Positions 4,097 through 6,493 of a DNA stretch of 6,493 nucleotides are shown piece after piece. A model generated the notes under the pieces. It made no database searches. It saw nothing but the letters and a program-made list of their open reading frames with translations, and was not told the DNA's origin. Source of the stretch: a virus. The stretch is taken from IMG/VR virus record IMGVR_UViG_3300022758_000040; one strand, given 5' to 3'. The first letter of the stretch is position 1, and each line of letters begins with the position of its first letter. The translations under genes were made by a program, and so were the position numbers.

Positions 4097-4572
4097 TACT
4101 CAGAAGAAGCAGAAGAATCAGAAGCAACAGCACCTTCTGATTGTTGTTTAGCATTCTCGGAATCAATTAAAGATTGAGCCTCACGTTCAAGAACCTCAGC
4201 ATGAGCAGCAAGATCTTTCGACCAGGCAATAATCTCAGACGGGGACTGAATATGACGAGAACGAACCGTCGACAAAAGATCATCATCAGACATCTTATCC
4301 ATAATCTGCTGAATCTGAGAAGCAGAATTACGACTCTGGCCAAACTTGGAAGCAATAGCCAAACCAGCACGAGAAGCCAAGTCCTTAGTATGGAGAATCA
4401 AACGGACATCAGAGGTATAACGAACAGGACGAGTTTTATCCGTATCGTCAATTTCAACACGAAGCTCTTCTGTAGAATCGAACTCAGGAGCAACGGCAAA
4501 AGCGTCAGGGGAAACATCAGGAACTAATAGTCCTTGATTTTCAATAGTTTTTAAATTAGAAAATCCAACCAT
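4096..4572 (-). CDS. Hypothetical protein, 158 aa from the ATG (161 aa if the TTG at 4581 is used); positional analogue of an internal scaffolding protein (VP3-like). The function is inferred.
   Basis: Open frame between VP1 and VP2 with T-rich third positions. The track start at 4581 is a TTG (caa on the + strand); the first ATG is at 4572-4570. The acidic, Ser-rich C-terminus (EGAVASDSSASSE) and the tight coupling to VP2 fit a scaffold-like role, but I recognise no motif. Confidence 0.7.
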   Translation of the reverse strand: MVGFSNLKTIENQGLLVPDVSPDAFAVAPEFDSTEELRVEIDDTDKTRPVRYTSDVRLILHTKDLASRAGLAIASKFGQSRNSASQIQQIMDKMSDDDLLSTVRSRHIQSPSEIIAWSKDLAAHAEVLEREAQSLIDSENAKQQSEGAVASDSSASSE

Positions 4573-4583
4573 AACAAACAATA

Positions 4584-6476
4584 TTAATAAGGTAAACCAT
4601 CACGAGACAAGTTACGAGCAACGTAACAACCGATATAAGAGTTAACTAACAACTGGTCTGTATCCCAAGTAGAATCAGCCTTAACGCCAAATATAGGATC
4701 AAGAACAGAGGGATTAACTTTAAAGAACTTGTAGTTCAAGACAACACGAGTATTGGGATTCTCACCACCTTCTTCATATCCATGTCCAAACCAACCAGAG
4801 AGAAGAGACTCGGTAACAGGAGATACCCAAGACTTTTGAGTAGTAGTAAAGGCACCGTTGATAAAATCAAGCTTAGTTTTCCAGTTGAAATAACGAGGGT
4901 TATAACCAGCATTGAACAGGTTAACAATAGAAGCCTTAGGAGAATTGAATATCTGAGTCATAGGAAGAACTTCCATACCAATGTTATCAAACTCAGGAAT
5001 AGGAAGTGATTCAGCATCAGTCACAAGTAATTGGCCATCTTGTCCAGTAATCGTATAATCAAGCAAAGGAACAGCATGATAAATACACATAACAACACAA
5101 TGCTCATTAGTTGTATAGGTAAACGAACCATTACCAGCACCAACACCTTTACCAGCAATCACAGCGGTATCACCAGAACCAGCAAGATTATTGTTAACAA
5201 CCTCACTAATGTCAAGATTACGAGAAATACCACCAATATAGGTACACATATTGGAAAGAGATTGGGGAAGATTAACTCCAAAATGTTTCCGAATTTGTTC
5301 ACGGTAATCCGAATCACCGGACTGGCTAATTTCTTTCCAACGTTGAAGAGCTTCGGCTTGGCGAAGAGCAAGAACAGTGAATTGACTCTGTAACTTAGAA
5401 AGATTAACCTGAAGAGTAGAACCCGAAGGAATAACATTAGATGCAGAAGCACCTTTAGCTGATAAAGATATAGGAGTAAGAGGAGCATTGTAAGAACCAG
5501 TAGTAGCGACTTCAGAAGTAGCACCAGTAGACGGGCTCTTTAAGAATACAGAAGAAGGAATAGTACCATCAGGATTCTCAACACTGATAACAGCAACATC
5601 GCCAAACTGAGAATTCGGAAGAACACCCATCAACATATCCTTATTCCAGTTACAATATCTAAGATCAAACATTGTAGGAGATTTCCAATAATCAGAACCA
5701 GAACCAGGAAGACCATTTGAACCCATTAAATTAGAAGTACAACCAGTATAATAGTCAACATTATAAGAAGAAGGGTTAGCATTTTCCCACTGAGACCAAC
5801 GGAAAAAGTCTTGATAAATCTTCTGATAAGCAAGAATAGGAAAAATATTAACAACATTATTCTGAATATACTGCTGAGAATAAGTCGAACTTTCAGAGTA
5901 CTGCAAGGAAGTAGACCACCAACGAGAACCAGAAGAAGGGTGCCCTTGGCAAAGATTTCCATAACCAAGATAACTCAATAATTTAAACGACAAATCAGGC
6001 CGAGAAAAACCAAATTGATTGGTATAAAAACCAACAGAACCAGGAGTCTCAGAATCCTTATTTAACCGATAGAGAACAGTACTAAGATCGGATAAGGACA
6101 AAGAAGGTAAATAAGTACCCAAAGACAAATTCTGCGTTAAAGAAAGCGCTTGAATCTGATTGATATCCTGCATCTGTGTCAACACAGAAGGAGCAGACTT
6201 CCAAAGAAGACGCAAAGGAACCGAGTAAAAATCAAAGTATTCACGCAAACGAGTATAAGCAGAAGTTTCAACTGGCTGAGTACGGGTAAAATACTCAATA
6301 TTGAATTTGTACTTATCTCCAGGCATAGAGATATCCCAATAGACGGGAAGGAGCTCACCTACTTTCGCAGTAAAAGCGTTTTTTCGTCCAATGTCAAAGC
6401 CAGAACGGTGAGGATGATTCTGGAGATTGGACATTCCAGTGTAAGAAGCCATAAAAAAAAAGTTAAAATTAAACAT
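4584..6476 (-). CDS. VP1: Major capsid protein (microvirus VP1, phiX174 F-like), 630 aa
   Basis: Family-typical blocks: HPHRSGFDIGRKNAFTAKVGELLPVYWDISMPGDKY near the N-terminus; LALRQAEALQRWKEISQSGDSDYREQIRKHFGV...YIGG in the middle; DQLLVNSYIGCYVARNLS at the C-terminus. Alternative starts are ATG 6452 (MASYTG...) and ATG 6434 (MSNLQNHP...). The first 8 codons (MFNFNFFF) come from a T9-containing tract and may be leader rather than coding. Confidence 0.95.
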   Translation of the reverse strand: MFNFNFFFMASYTGMSNLQNHPHRSGFDIGRKNAFTAKVGELLPVYWDISMPGDKYKFNIEYFTRTQPVETSAYTRLREYFDFYSVPLRLLWKSAPSVLTQMQDINQIQALSLTQNLSLGTYLPSLSLSDLSTVLYRLNKDSETPGSVGFYTNQFGFSRPDLSFKLLSYLGYGNLCQGHPSSGSRWWSTSLQYSESSTYSQQYIQNNVVNIFPILAYQKIYQDFFRWSQWENANPSSYNVDYYTGCTSNLMGSNGLPGSGSDYWKSPTMFDLRYCNWNKDMLMGVLPNSQFGDVAVISVENPDGTIPSSVFLKSPSTGATSEVATTGSYNAPLTPISLSAKGASASNVIPSGSTLQVNLSKLQSQFTVLALRQAEALQRWKEISQSGDSDYREQIRKHFGVNLPQSLSNMCTYIGGISRNLDISEVVNNNLAGSGDTAVIAGKGVGAGNGSFTYTTNEHCVVMCIYHAVPLLDYTITGQDGQLLVTDAESLPIPEFDNIGMEVLPMTQIFNSPKASIVNLFNAGYNPRYFNWKTKLDFINGAFTTTQKSWVSPVTESLLSGWFGHGYEEGGENPNTRVVLNYKFFKVNPSVLDPIFGVKADSTWDTDQLLVNSYIGCYVARNLSRDGLPY

Positions 6477-6493
6477 TATCAGTCCTGATAACA
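6367..6493. repeat. Terminal redundancy, copy 2 (identical to 1-127)
   Basis: Same 127 nt as 1-127. It includes the true junction between the Rep stop (6479-6481) and the capsid start (6476). Confidence 0.95.

Noticed and set aside
2993-4527. + strand ORFs antisense to VP2, the 158/161-aa gene, VP1, Rep and the peptidase. Examples: 2993-3328, 3374-3853, 3872-4177, 4174-4527, 4782-5009, 5031-5393, 6150-6488, 447-638 and 1858-2091.
   Set aside because: They are Arg/Ser/Ile/Asn-rich, low-complexity translations, typical of the reverse complement of T3-biased genes. They fully overlap confidently assigned genes, and Microviridae encode all known genes on one strand.
6453-6461. An A9 homopolymer (T9 on the gene strand; also at 87-95) between the Rep stop and the conserved capsid N-terminus, considered as a slippery or phase-variable site.
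   Set aside because: It lies in the doubtful first 8 codons of the capsid ORF. It is more simply a short U-rich leader if translation starts at ATG 6452 or 6434. I see no downstream alternative frame that would yield a product.

Overview
The window is one complete, circularly permuted Microviridae (ssDNA phage) genome of 6366 nt. A 127-nt assembly overlap follows it (1-127 is identical to 6367-6493). The protein set looks like an Alpavirinae/Gokushovirinae-type microvirus. The absence of Shine-Dalgarno sequences and a Bacteroides-style promoter motif suggest a Bacteroidota host; that host call is inference.

All credible genes are on the - strand and tightly packed. The order around the circle is: promoter-like AT-rich region, 57-aa ORF, tiny membrane peptide, M15 zinc peptidase, Rep (VP4), major capsid (VP1), 158-161-aa protein, pilot/minor capsid (VP2), then an intrinsic terminator.

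The only sizeable non-coding stretch is 2360-2947. It splits into an AT-rich part (2360-2497) and a G+C-rich, hairpin-dense island with no gene-sense-strand ORF (about 2498-2930). The island carries recurrent GNA-triloop mini-hairpins on the gene-sense strand, including two exact GCGAAGC, and two sets of tandem direct repeats. I consider this island the most interesting object here. The second is a compact membrane-peptide plus M15-peptidase lysis-like cassette whose upstream gene model is ambiguous: a 57-aa ORF missing from the supplied track fits the genome's codon bias better than the tracked 66-aa ORF. No tRNA, rRNA, CRISPR array or transposon-like element was seen.
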